DNA of 64,000 nucleotides from Octopus vulgaris (lineage: Eukaryota), in assembly GCA_951406725.2 (NCBI GenBank), contig OX597814.1:85312001-85376000 (forward strand), read 5' to 3'. Shown here one piece after another: positions 11,225 through 23,876 of the stretch. The translations under genes and the position numbers were made by a program. The stretch's first letter is position 1. The number at the start of each line of letters is the position of its first letter. The notes under the pieces are model-generated. The model was not told where the DNA came from and searched no databases. It worked only from the letters and a program-made list of their open reading frames with translations.

Positions 11225-12281
11225 ACGTGACTGCTGAGGACATGCGTAAGCTCGCGAGAAATGAAGCTAGTATGCTCCGTTGGATGTGTAATGTCAGTGT
11301 TCATAGTCGACAGAGTGTAAGTACCTTGAGAGAAAAGTTGGACCTAAGAGGAATCAGATGTTGTGTGCAAGAGTGACGATTGCGCTGGTATGGTCATGTG
11401 GTGAGAATGGATGAAGATAGGTGTGTGAAAAAGTGCCACACCCTGGCAGTTGAGGGGACCTGTGGAAGAGGTAGACCCAGGAAAACCTGGGTCGAGGTGG
11501 TGAAGCACGACCTTCGAACTCTAGGTCTCACCAAGGAAATGACCAGAGACCGAGACCTATGGAAGTATGCTGTGCGTGAGAAGACCCGGCAAGACCAGTG
11601 AGAACAATCAAAATCAAATCATATATCAGAAAGCAGGGGTTAAGTGACCCATCTGTTCGTGTCCGCTGTCAGCCTCGTCTGGCACTCGTGCCGGTGATAC
11701 GTAAAAGCACTATTCGCTCATGGCCGTTTGCCAGCTCTGCCTGGCCCCGTGTCGGTGGCACGTAAAAGCACCATCCGTTCGCGTCCGTTGCCAGCCTCGG
11801 CTGGCCCCCGTGCCGGTGACACGTAAAAGCACCATCCGTTCGTGGCCGTTTGGCAGCTCTGTCTGGCAACCGTGTCGGTGGCACGTAAAAGCACTATCCG
11901 TTGCGCGTCCGTTGCCAGCCTCGGCTGGCCCCCGTGCCGGTGACACGTAAAAGCACCGTCCGTTCGTGGCCGGTTGCCAGCTCTGTCTGGCCCCGTGTCG
12001 GTGGCACGTAAAAGCACCATCCGTTCGTGTCCGTTGCCAGCATCGCCTGGCCCCGTGCCGGTGACATGTAAAAGCACCATCCGTTCGTGGCCGTTCGCCA
12101 GCTCTGTCTGGCACCTGTGCAGGTGGCACGTAAAAAACACCCACTACACTGGCGTTAGGAAGGGCATCCAGCCGTAGAAACACTGCCAGATCTGACTGGG
12201 CCTGACGAAGCCTTCCAGCTTCACAGACCCCAGTTGACCTGTCCAACCCATGCTAGCATGGAAAACGGACGCTAAACGATG
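11225..12281 (+). mobile_element. 5'-truncated RTE-clade LINE (ORF C-terminus plus 3'UTR)
   Basis: Encodes MLRWMCNV...LREKL...*RLRWYGHVVRM...GRGRPRKTW, typical of the RTE ORF end, with one internal stop; ORF ends at 11601. The 3'UTR holds a tandem array and ends gctaaacgatg. Confidence 0.9.
11670..12141 (+). repeat. Eight ~60-62-bp tandem units with A/B alternation
   Basis: Units start near 11670, 11731, 11791, 11852, 11915, 11977, 12037 and 12098. Core: ccagNNNNNNctgg...cgtgYcggtgRcacgtaaaagcacc. Confidence 0.92.
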
Positions 12282-12899
12282 AAAAAAAAAAAAAATATAT
12301 ATATATACTTATACAGGGAGTATTATAGTGGTTAGAGGAGGATGTTTATGATGATTGGAGTGGGTTGGCATTTGGAAAATCATATTATTTGTATCATCAT
12401 CATTATTTAATATTTGTTTTTCACGCTCGCTTGGGTTGGACAGTTTGAGAATAACTGGCAAGTTCAGAAGACTGCACCAAACTCTGCCGTCAGCTTTGAC
12501 ATGGTTTTAAACAGTTGGATGCCTTCCTAATGCCAACCATTTTACAGAGTGTACTGGGTGCTTTTTATGTGACACCAGCAGCAGAGAGGTCACCAAGTAA
12601 CTAGCAGGAGACCCCTCAACTAGGAGGGAGAAGTACTGAGGGACAAAAAAATAAAGCCTTGTATTAATGGAGGAACATGGCTACCTTAGATGGAGAGAGA
12701 TGGTAAAAGATGGGATGGGGCTAAGTTACAGGGAGGTGTTGATACTGAACTGGAATAGGGATTGGAGAGGATGAGATATTATGTATCATATGTATAAGCA
12801 AGATGGTGTGTTCATGTTTGTAACTCAAAGTATTTTGAGGGACTACATCCTTTTTTTAAATCTATGCCCTACTTCAATTTTAAAAATAACATAGTGAAA

Positions 12900-14430
12900 A
12901 GCATCTTGCCATCATTGGATAAGATTAATATTTTGTGTCTTGCATATACACATACATATACATATATATATTCTAAATACTAAGAAGTTTTAACTAAAAG
13001 GTTATTGTTAAGTGTGGTATACTTATTTCAATCAGTTTTGCTCTTGATGTTGGCTGCAAGTTTGTTTGATTTGAAGCATCAATTCTGTCAGTTTTAGCCT
13101 TAAATCACTGTCTTGGAACATCCTGTTGATTCCTCTTAGCTTGCAGCAAATGAGTAACAAGACTAAGTATGCACTCAGTTAAATGAAACAATGGAGAATG
13201 TATCAGTACTTCCTTTCATAGTTAAGTTAGAGAATTACTTTTAGCTCTCCTCAGACAGTCACATCATGGTTCTTTTGATTTTGAAAAGGATTTTCGCAGA
13301 ATCATTTTGTAACTTCTTGATATTGCATTGCTACTTCAGATAATTCCATCAGAATTGGTTGAGTTTACGAAGATAGGTACTCCATTGCTTTCAGATTATA
13401 AAACTTGCTATTGAAGTCACTATCCAAAGTTTTCTTGTAATGAACAATGATCATTCTTTGCAGCATCACTTACCTCAGACTTTTCCAACCATGAGAACTG
13501 GCTAACTTTTGCCAGTACCTAGTATTGGCACAAATTTCTTTCATTTGCCTTGATGAATATCACATTAGCTCCTTGGAGTTGCTTATCTGAAAAGTAATGC
13601 TTCTGAAAAGCGTCACTCAAGGAACTCACATAAACATTGCTGTCTATTGTCCTTGAAAATCTTTATGAAAAGGTCAAACAGCATGACTGAGGTAGTTTCC
13701 TTTTGGCAACTATTTGAATGCGATGCAGTCTTGTGGTTTGCTGGATCCGATCAAACTGTCTAACCCATGCCAGCATGGAAAGAGGATATTAAATGACAAC
13801 ACTGATGATGATGATGATGATGATGATGAACCACCTTCAGCATGGAGCAATAATCTCACATGTTCTTGGCATCCCCTTTGATGGAATTAATGCATTTAAT
13901 GATAAAATGCAGTATCTTATGCAGTTGATATAAAATTCTCTTTGCAACTAAGCTTTCTCAGTGCATAACACAATCCACAACCAACCTGTTTGGATTGTCA
14001 TCTTTCATCAGTTTTAAATATTCTTTTTTTTTTTTTTTACTAATTACACCAGATGCACCATCTGTCACGTGATACAATGTATATTTTTTCTTTGGTATTT
14101 AATTTGTGTCCAATTAATGGATTTGCTGAACACTGCAGAATTGGCTGTTTTTAATAACTCCTAAAACAGCATATCCTCTTGAAATTCTTCCAGGTGAGCA
14201 TATCATATATATATTCCAGCAATAGAGCTTCACTGTTTTGTATGGTAGATTCCTTCATTTGTATTGAGAATATTGATTTCAACTTCTCAATAAATTGCTT
14301 TTTACCATCTTACCGCATGTCATCTTTTCTGTTGCTAACTGCTGGTTATACAATGATATTGCTTGGACATGCCTGCCATTCTTTGACAGAATTGTTTCAA
14401 GAACTACCCACCCCAGATATTGTGTTTAAC
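12900..14430 (-). mobile_element. Heavily degraded hAT-like transposase remnant
   Basis: Minus strand at ~14048-14070 reads VTDGASG, resembling the hAT second catalytic Asp motif (TDGA). Coding-like but broken, and interrupted by an RTE tail at ~13740-13830. Confidence 0.4.
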
Positions 14431-14440
14431 AAGTTCTTTG

Positions 14441-15840
14441 CAAAAGAAATGTAATTTTTTTCAAATATCATTTTTATATGGTAAATTTTGAAAATTTATT
14501 TCAGGAATGTAAGTGTAAATATTCCAAGGTTTATGACTCAGATGCAAATTGCAAATAACTTTTCAACTTTCCCTGAAATGAGATGCTAAAACACAGCTGC
14601 GTTGAATGTCGTGAGTGGCAGTCGCAAACAATTGTAATGAAAACCAAAATGCACATGCATCACGTGGAGGTTATGGGTATAAAATCAACTTGAACCATGT
14701 TCCTGGCATTCGTAATTTGGACACATCAGGTATGACCTGATTCTCAGCAGTGCAAAGAGAACAAACTATTGGCCATTTGCAAGCAGAGCAGCATGCTCTG
14801 GTTGTTGCGAAAGCTTACAATGTCCATGTCAGCACCATCTATCTCCCACAACAGCGATACAACACCAACAGCACTGCAGATGCACACCCGGGTGACCATG
14901 CCCGGGCAGAACTGCTTCATCCACCAGCAACACCTCTGTGATCACTTCAGACCAGTCAGCATGATGGCTCATGTGACCATTGGCACTGGACAGTGACCCA
15001 TCAGTGATGACACAGTATGATGTCAACTGGCCACCAAGAACCTGCATTGCTGTCATCCTGCTCAAGGGCCTGTCCTCACTACCTACCACCATCAGGCATA
15101 ACTACAGTGGGCTACACAGCACTGAAATTGGTGGCATCAACAATGGAGGTTGATAGTCTTCTCTAACAAGAACCAGGACTGGGTTTCCACTTCAGATAAC
15201 AAAGTGAGGGTGTGGCATAAGAGAGGTGAACACTACAGAGATGCATGCATCATGGTTTGAGGTGCTGTTTGTGTGAATCAGAGAATTGGGCCCCATGTGT
15301 TCCAAAATGTTGGTGCAGGCAGAGAGAATGGCATCACAGCACAGTGCTACATTGATCAGATCCTAAGACCTCACATCGTGCTCTTCTCATGTCACCATAG
15401 CTACATGTTCCTACCTCCTACATGGACTTCCTGCATCACCACAACATCAGAACCATGCTGTGGCTGGCTCTTGGCCTGGATTTGAACCCAATTGAACACC
15501 TGTGGAATGAAATCCAGTGATGGCTGAACCATGGCTGACAACTCATGTGGAAATGGCGGCAGCTTTCCCCAGGTGCTAATGGCTTTTGTGAACCACTTCA
15601 TGCACACCATGTACCGACAGTGTATGGCTGCTTTGAACACCCAGGGAGGGCATACAAGGTATTGAACATGCCATACCCTACAATCTTGATGTGCTGGAAC
15701 ACATGACAACAACATATAGACTGGTCAAAGTGCATCCAAAAAATTGACTTTATCACATTTATCAAAATTTATCTCTGACCAAATGAAATTAAAATATTTC
15801 ACAGTCACACACATCTCACATTTCTTTTGTGGTTCAGTGT
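14441..15840 (+). mobile_element. Defective Tc1-family transposon
   Basis: Transposase remnants QREQTIGHLQA...VAKAYNVHVSTI, YIDQILRPHIV, DLNPIEHLWNEI and GGHTRY*. Right end acatttcttttgtggttcagtg|ta; partial left match caaaagaaatgt. Confidence 0.85.
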
Positions 15841-16556
15841 AATCCTCTCCCTTTTTTGCTGTCAGCAGAGAAATTTCATTGTTTGCTCTAAAAGATACAA
15901 TTCAGGGCTGTAGTTTGCACAATGATAATGAAGAATTTTTTTTTTTTGTTCATCTATTTTCAAACTTGTCTTAGAGTAATTTAAACTATTCCAATTCTGA
16001 ACTGGCATGGTTGAAATGTTTAACTCTCAAAGAACTTCAGATGACAAGCTTTCATTGATTCATATGATGAAGTTGGTTGATATAGTAAGCAGGAAGGTGT
16101 ACAGACATCATGTACTGCAGGTATTAGTCCAAACTTCAAGACTTCTGTAAAATATTAGCAAACATTTTGTTTGCTTGATCTGCTCATTTTGATTTTAAAA
16201 AAGAATGAAATAACTCTATAGCAATAAATAAATAAATAAATAGAATAGAATAATTGTATCAAATTTACCTTTGTCTGTCCATGTTTGCATGGGTCAGATG
16301 GGGAAGTATTTGAGACAAGATGTTTACAGCCAAATGCTCTTCTTATCAGCTCTTACCTGTTTTTCAAGTTATAAGGTTTTATGCCAGAGGAATTTGAAAG
16401 CACTGAATTAGCACACAATTTGTTGAAAGAAAATGTCAATGAATTTCACTAGATGTAACCCAATTACAAATGGGTTATAAGATGTTATCATTATTCTTTC
16501 TCCTTCTCAAACACACACACACCTACACAAAAATAAATTTCAGCATAATTTTCTAT

Positions 16557-16722
16557 AGGTGCAGCCATGACTGTGTGGTAAGAAGCTTGCTTCCCAATCA
16601 CATGGTTGCAGGTTCACTCCCACTGCATGGCACCTTGGGCGAATGTCTTCTGCTATAGCTTTGGGTCAACCAGAGCCATGTGAGTGAATTTGGTAGATGG
16701 AAACTGGAAGAAGCTCGTTGTT
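16557..16722 (+). mobile_element. SINE family A, 5' half, split by a MITE (resumes ~17065-17215)
   Basis: Matches 7083-7245; the 3' half continues after 17064. Confidence 0.75.
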
Positions 16723-16738
16723 TGTATAACTATATATA

Positions 16739-17062
16739 CACCTTCACCTTGACTTACAACCTATGTGTCCTATAACCATCTGCACTTATAAACGCAAAAA
16801 TGAATAAAAAAAATTAACTAAGTTAAAATCTGATTTTCGGATGTTGGGCAGCTGCAAGCATGATAACTTTGGCAGCATCTGGCAATGCAAGCCTCCCTCA
16901 AATTCAGGCATCCACTGCCTGCCACTGTCTCATCCTCAGTCGCTTTCAAGTATCAGTTGCGTGAATGAAGGTAGTATTGAAGAATAAAAATCCGGCATAT
17001 GACCAGATCAACTTACGACCTATCAGTTAGAACAGAACTCAATTGTAAGTCGACGAAAGTAT
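16739..17062. mobile_element. pogo/Tigger-like MITE
   Basis: Imperfect TIRs cacc...ttgacttacaac / attgtaagtcgacgaaagtatg with TA flanks, resembling Tigger-type ends. Confidence 0.55.
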
Positions 17063-17964
17063 GTACATGTATGTGTGTCTTTGTGTCTGTATTTGTCCCC
17101 CACTACCGCTTGACAATTGGTGTTGATTTCTTCACATTGCCGTAACTTAGTAATTTGGCAAAAGAGACTGATAGAATAAATAATAGGCTTAAAGAAAAGA
17201 ATAAGCACATTCATTCAACTAAAAATTTGAATTGAGAACGTAAGGATGGACGAAACGCCGCTAAGCATTATACACGATGTGCTAACAATTCTGCCAGCTC
17301 ACCGAATAAGTACCAAGTGTAATGATGAAGTGTAATTGGAAAAGATAAAGGAGACAAGGTCTGGAAATTTAATAAAAAAATATTAAGGAGCAAATCTGAT
17401 GTTCTTTGGAAATATCATGTTAACTGCAGATACGTTTTGGGGTGTTAGATAATATGTAAAGTATATAGAATATTTGTAAATGAACACTAACTAGGGTTAT
17501 AACTTAAAACAATGACTTGGAGAAAAATACTCAGTGTGCATCTAACCAGTCTTAGTAAGAAAAACCATTGCACACTTCTCCCGCTGGAGAGAGTAAGTAA
17601 TATATTGTAGGATATAGTTTGATGATATGCAAGCAACAAGGAGCAATATTATAAGCGAGTGAATAGGAGGAGTTGACCAAGTCTAAGTGTGAAGAAGGTT
17701 AAATATTAACTAAAGGGAAGTAACTCTTACAATATTATTTGATAAGAAAATATCTGAAGAGTTACTTCCCTTGAGTTACCTCGCTGTAGAATCGCTCTAT
17801 TTGACGCAAACTGATAAATTTCGGTCCTATCCTCAAATATTAATGAAATCTTTCACCTTCATCCTTTTTTTTTATTAGTGAGAAGAGAATGTTGAGTTTG
17901 ATTCCATGAAATTCTCCTCTTCTTAGAATCGTGATTTCCCCAGAAATATGGGTATAAAAATTAG

Positions 17965-18297
17965 GCGTGCTTCCCAGCCAAATGGTTCAGTCCCATTGCT
18001 TGACACCTACTGTCACCTCGGGCGATTAAGGCCTTGTGAATAGATTTGTTAGATGGAAACTGAAAGAAGACCGTCGTAAATATATGTATGTATATATCTA
18101 TGTGTGTGTGTCTTTTTGTCAGCCCCCTCACCCACTATCACTTGACAACCGCTGTTGGTGTGTTTACGTCCTCGTAACTTAGCAGTTCGGTAAAAGACAC
18201 AAAGAGAATAAGTACTTAAAAAAATAAGTCCTGCTATCTGAATAATATTCAAGGCGGTGCCCCAGCAAGCCACAGTCTAATAACTGAAAGAAGTAAA
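17965..18297 (+). mobile_element. SINE family A copy
   Basis: Similar to 7083-7475. Confidence 0.75.
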
Positions 18298-18799
18298 AAA
18301 TAATTAATAGCTAAACGACAGAACTTAATTGTATTAAACATGGCGATTTGTCCACTCCGTTCCAGTCTTCCCCATACATTGACCTAAGCATCGCTAGATT
18401 TCTTGAAACTTTTTTGTTTTTAGCAAATGACTTGATCTGAGATCATGTGCTGAAAGAAAACAAATGCAGCGTGGAAGATGCTTGTAAGCCTTTAAATTTA
18501 ATTTGTTTCGAAGTATTTTCATCGCTTTGAAACCGCGATCTGTTCACTGACAAAACTTTGTGCTACATATGCATATTATTATTAGTTTCTCTTTTATTTG
18601 ATTGTCAGCTCCTCCTTTTTCTGTATCCCTTCCTTGAAAAGACACAGCATTTACATATAGCGGGACTGTTATGACAAGTGAAATGATTAGCAACACAAGT
18701 ACAAAAGGAAGGTCAAAACCTCTTGTCAGAGAATGCAATAGAATATGTTATTCCCATGTATACATGTCGTTGAATAATGACTTCGAAGTCACGTGGCTT

Positions 18800-19020
18800 A
18801 TTCAGCCTGCTCATGAAATTAACGTGCAAGTGGCTGAGCACTCCACAGACACGTATACCCTTAGTGTAGTTCTATGGGAGATTCAGCGTGTGACAAGGCT
18901 GAGTGAACTGGAGCAATGTGAAATAAAGTGTCTTGCTCAAGGACACAATTCGCTGGGAGTCGAACTCATGACCTTGCGATCGTGAGCCGAATACCCTAAC
19001 CACTAAGTCACGTGCCTTCA
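18800..19020 (-). mobile_element. SINE family C-related copy
   Basis: The minus strand begins gaaggcacgtgacttagtggttagg...gagttcgactccc (tRNA-like head). Related to 21437 and 51695. Confidence 0.7.
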
Positions 19021-19319
19021 CGACACACTGGATAATGTAATCTTAGATATACCACATCACAAATATTCTATAGGATAACTACGATTAGAATTCCTTGAAT
19101 CATAAGTTTGCTTAATCAGGCCTGACCTGAAGTTAAAACAACAACAGCGATAATGGATTATTACTAAGGTCAGCATGTAGTATATAACATCACTCACTAC
19201 ACTGATCACATGAGCGATAGTATAAAGCTTACACACTAGATGTTGGGGTAGAAATTATTTTCAGTTTTTTTTTTTTTTAGTAATGTGTCGCTCACTGATG
19301 CATCTACATCATATATATT

Positions 19320-19545
19320 TCTTTACTACCCACAAGGGGCCAAACACAGAGGGGACAAACAAAGACAGACCAACGGATTAAGTCGATTATATTGACCCCA
19401 GTGCGTAACTGGTACTTAATTTATCGACCCCGAAAGGATGAAAGGCAAAGTCGACCTCGGCGGAATTTGAACTCAGAACGTAACGGCAGACGAAATACGG
19501 CTACGCATTTCGCCCGGCGTGCTAACGTTTCTGCTAGCTCGCCGC
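19320..19545 (-). mobile_element. SINE family B, CpG-intact copy
   Basis: The minus strand reads gcggcgagctagcagaaacgttagcacg...gagttcaaattccgcc (A/B-box-like head). Many degraded relatives occur in the window. Confidence 0.85.
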
Positions 19546-20419
19546 ATCTACATCATATAGTCAGTCGCATGTATAATATAAATCTCTCAGTGGCCGTGGT
19601 CGATAATTTTTCAATGGGGAATAAGTTGAGTGTAATGATTTTGCAGATATTGAATTAAATATCTTGCACATGAGATAATACTGGTTAACGAGGGATAAAG
19701 ATGTTTAGAAATTATTTTGTTTGTGAAACGTGACATGTAAAAGAAAATTTAGCTGGCAGAGTTATTCCCCTTTATTAATTTTGTTTCCAAAGTTTTCTCC
19801 CTTGACAATTTGATTTTCTCGTAAACTAAGCCAAAACCTAGATATGAACTAAATAACGAAGCAAATAGTGGCCAAATGAAGAAACTATGTAACTGAAGAA
19901 ATAATGCATTGGAACTGTAAATAAAAATGTAAATAACTGCAAAGTATTCTTATCCACGTGGTTTATGAGTCCCGCTTGGCAACCATATGGTTTACGACAT
20001 TTTGTATTTGCTCAAAGCGTCACTTCAGGCAGTTTACTTTAAAATGAAATTTGGCAGCAGTAGTGGTGGAGGTAGACGACGACGGTGACTACCACCAGCA
20101 CCACTACAACAACCATCACATCATCATTATCGTTGTCGTCATTATCATCCATCAGCATGAGCAATCTGTTTTTCCATGCAGGCATGTATACAAGTCAGTA
20201 GATGATAAATGCGTGCGTGAGAAAATTGGTGATAAATCAGTGAAGTGAATAAAAAATATCTTATAGTAGTAGAATATTATTTTGCTTCAAGTTGCGCTCG
20301 TCACTCCATCTTTATTCTCGACATAGGAAATGCGGTAAACTAAAAAAGGATATGTTTAAAAGCAACAATACTATTGTCTACAAACTGCATGTTATAAAGC
20401 TATATCATCATCATCACCA

Positions 20420-20622
20420 TCATCGTCGTCGTTTAACGTCCGTTTTCCATGCTAGCATGGGTTGGACTGTTCAACCGGTGTTTGGGAAGCCAGGAGGCTG
20501 CACCAGGCTCCAGCTGGATGCCCTTCCTAACGCCAACCACTCCATGAGTGTAGTGGGTGCTTTTTACGTGCCAGGAGAGGCTGGCAACGGTCACGATCGG
20601 TTGGTGCTTTTTACGTGCCACC
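20420..20622 (-). mobile_element. RTE 3' tail copy
   Basis: Reverse complement of 12100-12281 with an (ATG)n tail. Confidence 0.85.
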
Positions 20623-21081
20623 ATATATATATATATATATATACACACACTCACACATTTCTATTAAAGCTGGAAAAATCTTCATAAATTGAGTTCCACA
20701 TTACTGTTCATCAGTTAGTTGTGATTACAACTTTTTACAGCTTTAATAAAAGCATATTACTCTACCTTTGGTATTTGAGTACTATTTTTTTCTACTTTGT
20801 TTTGCATTTATGTGCATACTCATGTATGTATATATATTGGATTGGATTGCCTATGTTCAGTCCACTGCAGGATGGAGTTCTCACCACCTACCATGGTCTG
20901 ATGTTGAGGCCATGGATTTGAGCTTGAGATCATACTGGTCTGGTGAGCCCACTGTGACACACTGGCTTGGTGGAGGGGTGCAGTTTTTAGGCTCTCCCTC
21001 AGGAGTAGTTAAGCTGATTACATTGATGGACCTCAGCACCAAGTAGTACATTATATAAATATATATATACACACACATATA

Positions 21082-21331
21082 TAAATGTGACTAGGATGTT
21101 AGGAAACACCTTCAATGCTAGAAATAAGAGCTAAACTGCTCTAACGCTGTAGTTCACGCACATGAATGAAAACATATACACTAACAGGAACCATAATCGT
21201 CTGAAAAGTGCTGATTGAGAATTCTTAATACTTACAAGTCAGTTTTGACAATTTCCGTCGCCACATCACTCTAGCAGTTTAGCTCTTATTTCTAACAATG
21301 TAGGCGTTTCCTAACACCCTAATCACATTTA
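21082..21331. mobile_element. MITE-like element with ~57-bp imperfect TIRs
   Basis: taaatgtgactaggatgttaggaaacacc...gagctaaactgct versus agcagtttagctc...tttcctaacaccctaatcacattta. Confidence 0.7.
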
Positions 21332-21436
21332 GTGACATTTGTAATTCGCCATTTTGGTGAAACATTGCAAACAGCTATTCATATTAAAATTATATATATA
21401 TATATATATGGATAGATATATATATATATACACATA

Positions 21437-21727
21437 TGAAGGCACATGGCTCGGTTGTAAGAGCATCGAGCTTATGATCATGAGGTTCTGAGTTTGATTC
21501 CTGGATCGGGCTGCGTGTTGTGTTCTTGAGCAAAACACTTTATTTCACGTTGCTCCAGTTAACTCAGCTGTAGAAATGAGTTGCGGCATCACTGGTGCCA
21601 AGCTGTATCGGCCTTTGCCTTTCCCTTGAATAATATCAGTGGTGTGCAGAGGGGAGGCTGAACTTGTGCCTCGGAGGGTAACTTTCTAGGTGCAATCCCA
21701 TGGTCATTCATGACCGAAGGGAGTCTC
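21437..21727 (+). mobile_element. tRNA-derived SINE family C
   Basis: Head gaaggcacatggctcggttgtaagagc...gagtttgattcctgg. Inverse copy at 41105-41410; related heads at 23700-23778, 35085-35210 and 51695. Confidence 0.8.
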
Positions 21728-22559
21728 CCATATACACACAAACTAGAAAGTTGTTTGTTATGGTTGATTGGAGAGTGACTATTGGTTTCACACCTAAAAA
21801 GCTCTTAGCTGTATTTATATGAGTGAACTGGAGTAATGTGAAATAAAAGTCTCACTCAAGAACACAACAGACAGCTCGGCCCGGGAATCGAATTCACTAT
21901 CTCATGATTGTGAGCCAGGTGTTCCACCACATGTAACAAGAAATTTTTTCACACACCCTACCCCAACAAACCAATCTATATCTCTACATCTCTTCTCTTC
22001 CTCACATTTCCTCCTTCATGCACTATGCCTACCTCTCACTTGCCAATCCTGTCCTCACAGCCTTGTTTCTCTGTATCCTTGCTATCCAGTAGCCCCACCT
22101 CCATTCTATATATACCCAGGTTTTCAATACTCACTTCCCCTCTTTCCTTCACACTCTTTAACCAGGTTTTTTTGGTAATATCCTGCCACTTATATTATGA
22201 CCTTCAAACCTCAAGGGTATGCCCTGGCACTTGCCACTATCTATATTTCTCTCTTCCTTTACTCAATCATCTCATTTATATTCTGATCCCTTGTGAGTAT
22301 GCCTGGTATTTTGCCACCATCTCTATTCTGCTGTCTCCCACTCTCTCTCTCTCTCCTCCTGCTCTTCCCTCAGGTTGGGTAACCATGTATCTCCCTTGCA
22401 GCAGCACACCTATTTCTGTCTTCATTTCTAATCTCTCTCTCTCCAACTGGGTAACCTTGTACCTTCTCTATAGCAAGACACCTGTCTCTGTCTCTCTGTT
22501 TCACTATAGCCTTTCATCATCTGACACAAGATCACTTACTCCAATGCCCCATCCCTTCT

Positions 22560-22905
22560 CAAAAGATTTTTGTTTTGCAAGTTACTTAGTGACCCTGTCA
22601 GTGCAGGTGCCACTTAAAAAGTAACCAGTCCATACTATAAAGTGATTGGCATTTGGAAGGGCATTCAGCAGTTAAAACCTTGCCAAAACTGACTTCACCC
22701 ATGTTTGTGCCACATAAAAAGCACTACTCATCTTGCCTCTGCTAAGTCCACATAAAAAGCATTAAGTCCACTCTGCTGGATGGTTGGTGTTAGGAAGGGC
22801 ATCCAGCTGTAAAAATCCTGCCAAAACAGTCACAAAAGTCTGGTGCAAAAGTCAAACTGTCCCATCCATGCCAGCATGGAAGGCGGATGTTAAATGATGA
22901 TGATG
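22560..22905 (+). mobile_element. Degraded RTE 3' tail
   Basis: Contains ggttggtgttaggaagggcatccagctgtaaaa and ends ttaaatgatgatgatg. Confidence 0.7.
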
Positions 22906-23139
22906 ATATGTATATATACATATACACACATACATACACATGCACACATAGACATACATGTATATGTGTGCATGTACACAGCTGTGTATACTTGTACACA
23001 AGTGTACTTTGGTTTCAACTTATGTCCCAAATCTTACAATGAAGCCATTCAACATATAGAAATGGATAAAAATAAATACCAGCCTGAAATAGCTAACAGG
23101 GTTGGTTTCTTCTTTTTAATCTCTTTCTTTTATACAGAG

Positions 23140-23435
23140 CACAAGCCTTCAATGACTGTTCTCCACTGAAGGCTGTCTTTAAGGCCTTCCTCTTCCAGGT
23201 CTTCTTGGTTTTCAGGTGTAATTGATGCTTCTGTCAGTGCATTTTTCTATGTAGGGGTGTTGTCTCAATAGAAATCCATTTTTAGCTCTGGGAAGTGGAG
23301 ATCTATATTAGTCTGGACTCTAGCTTTTGATCTGTCCAGTGTGGGTGCCTTACCAGGAGCTGTGCTTCACTGGCATGGCTCTACTGGCATGGCTCCATGG
23401 GCCATTGAGGCACACAAGCCCCCTCACTGCAACCA
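23140..23435 (-). mobile_element. Non-autonomous RTE-like element, inverse copy of 25157-25590
   Basis: atattagtctggactctagcttttgatctgtccag is the reverse complement of ctggacaggtcaaaggatagaggccagactaatat at 25226. Confidence 0.6.
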
Positions 23436-23866
23436 AGACTTGATTTTGTAGTGGAACAGGACTGATATGATCATGTAAAACACTTGAAAACAGTACCTTA
23501 GTGTAATAGTAGTCCAATGAGTGAAGAGGCTATCAGATGTTATTACACATCACTGGTCACAATGTATATTTGCATTGTTGTTTTAGCCATCAAAGGATGC
23601 CACCCCATTGGCTAGACAAGGAGGCCAACATTTCCCCCTGATCGAAAGTGGGAACTGGAGCAATATGAAATGAAGTGTTTTACTCAAGAACAGCAACATG
23701 CTACCAAGTCAGGGAATTGAACCCATGATCTAGCGATTGTGAGTGCAACAGCCTAACCACTAGGCCATCCACTTTCACTGCAGCCAGTAATAGAAGGAAA
23801 AAAAAATATCCCCCTGCCTCCAAAAAAACAAAACAAAAGAAAATATACTTTCTATAAAATTACTAT

Positions 23867-23872
23867 TTTATT
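23867..23872 (-). promoter_or_regulatory. Candidate ERAL1 polyadenylation signal
   Basis: AATAAA 5 nt after the stop codon, followed ~25 nt later by ttttcttttgttttgttttttt (U/GU-rich). Confidence 0.55.
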
Positions 23873-23876
23873 ATTA

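Noticed and set aside
11669-12246. Overlapping repetitive ORFs, or a CRISPR-like array
   Set aside because: The ORFs are by-products of a GC-rich tandem repeat in an RTE 3'UTR, and the inter-core segments are homologous rather than unique spacers.
22025-22624. 199-aa ORF
   Set aside because: Pyrimidine-rich low-complexity sequence running into a repeat tail; no domain recognised.
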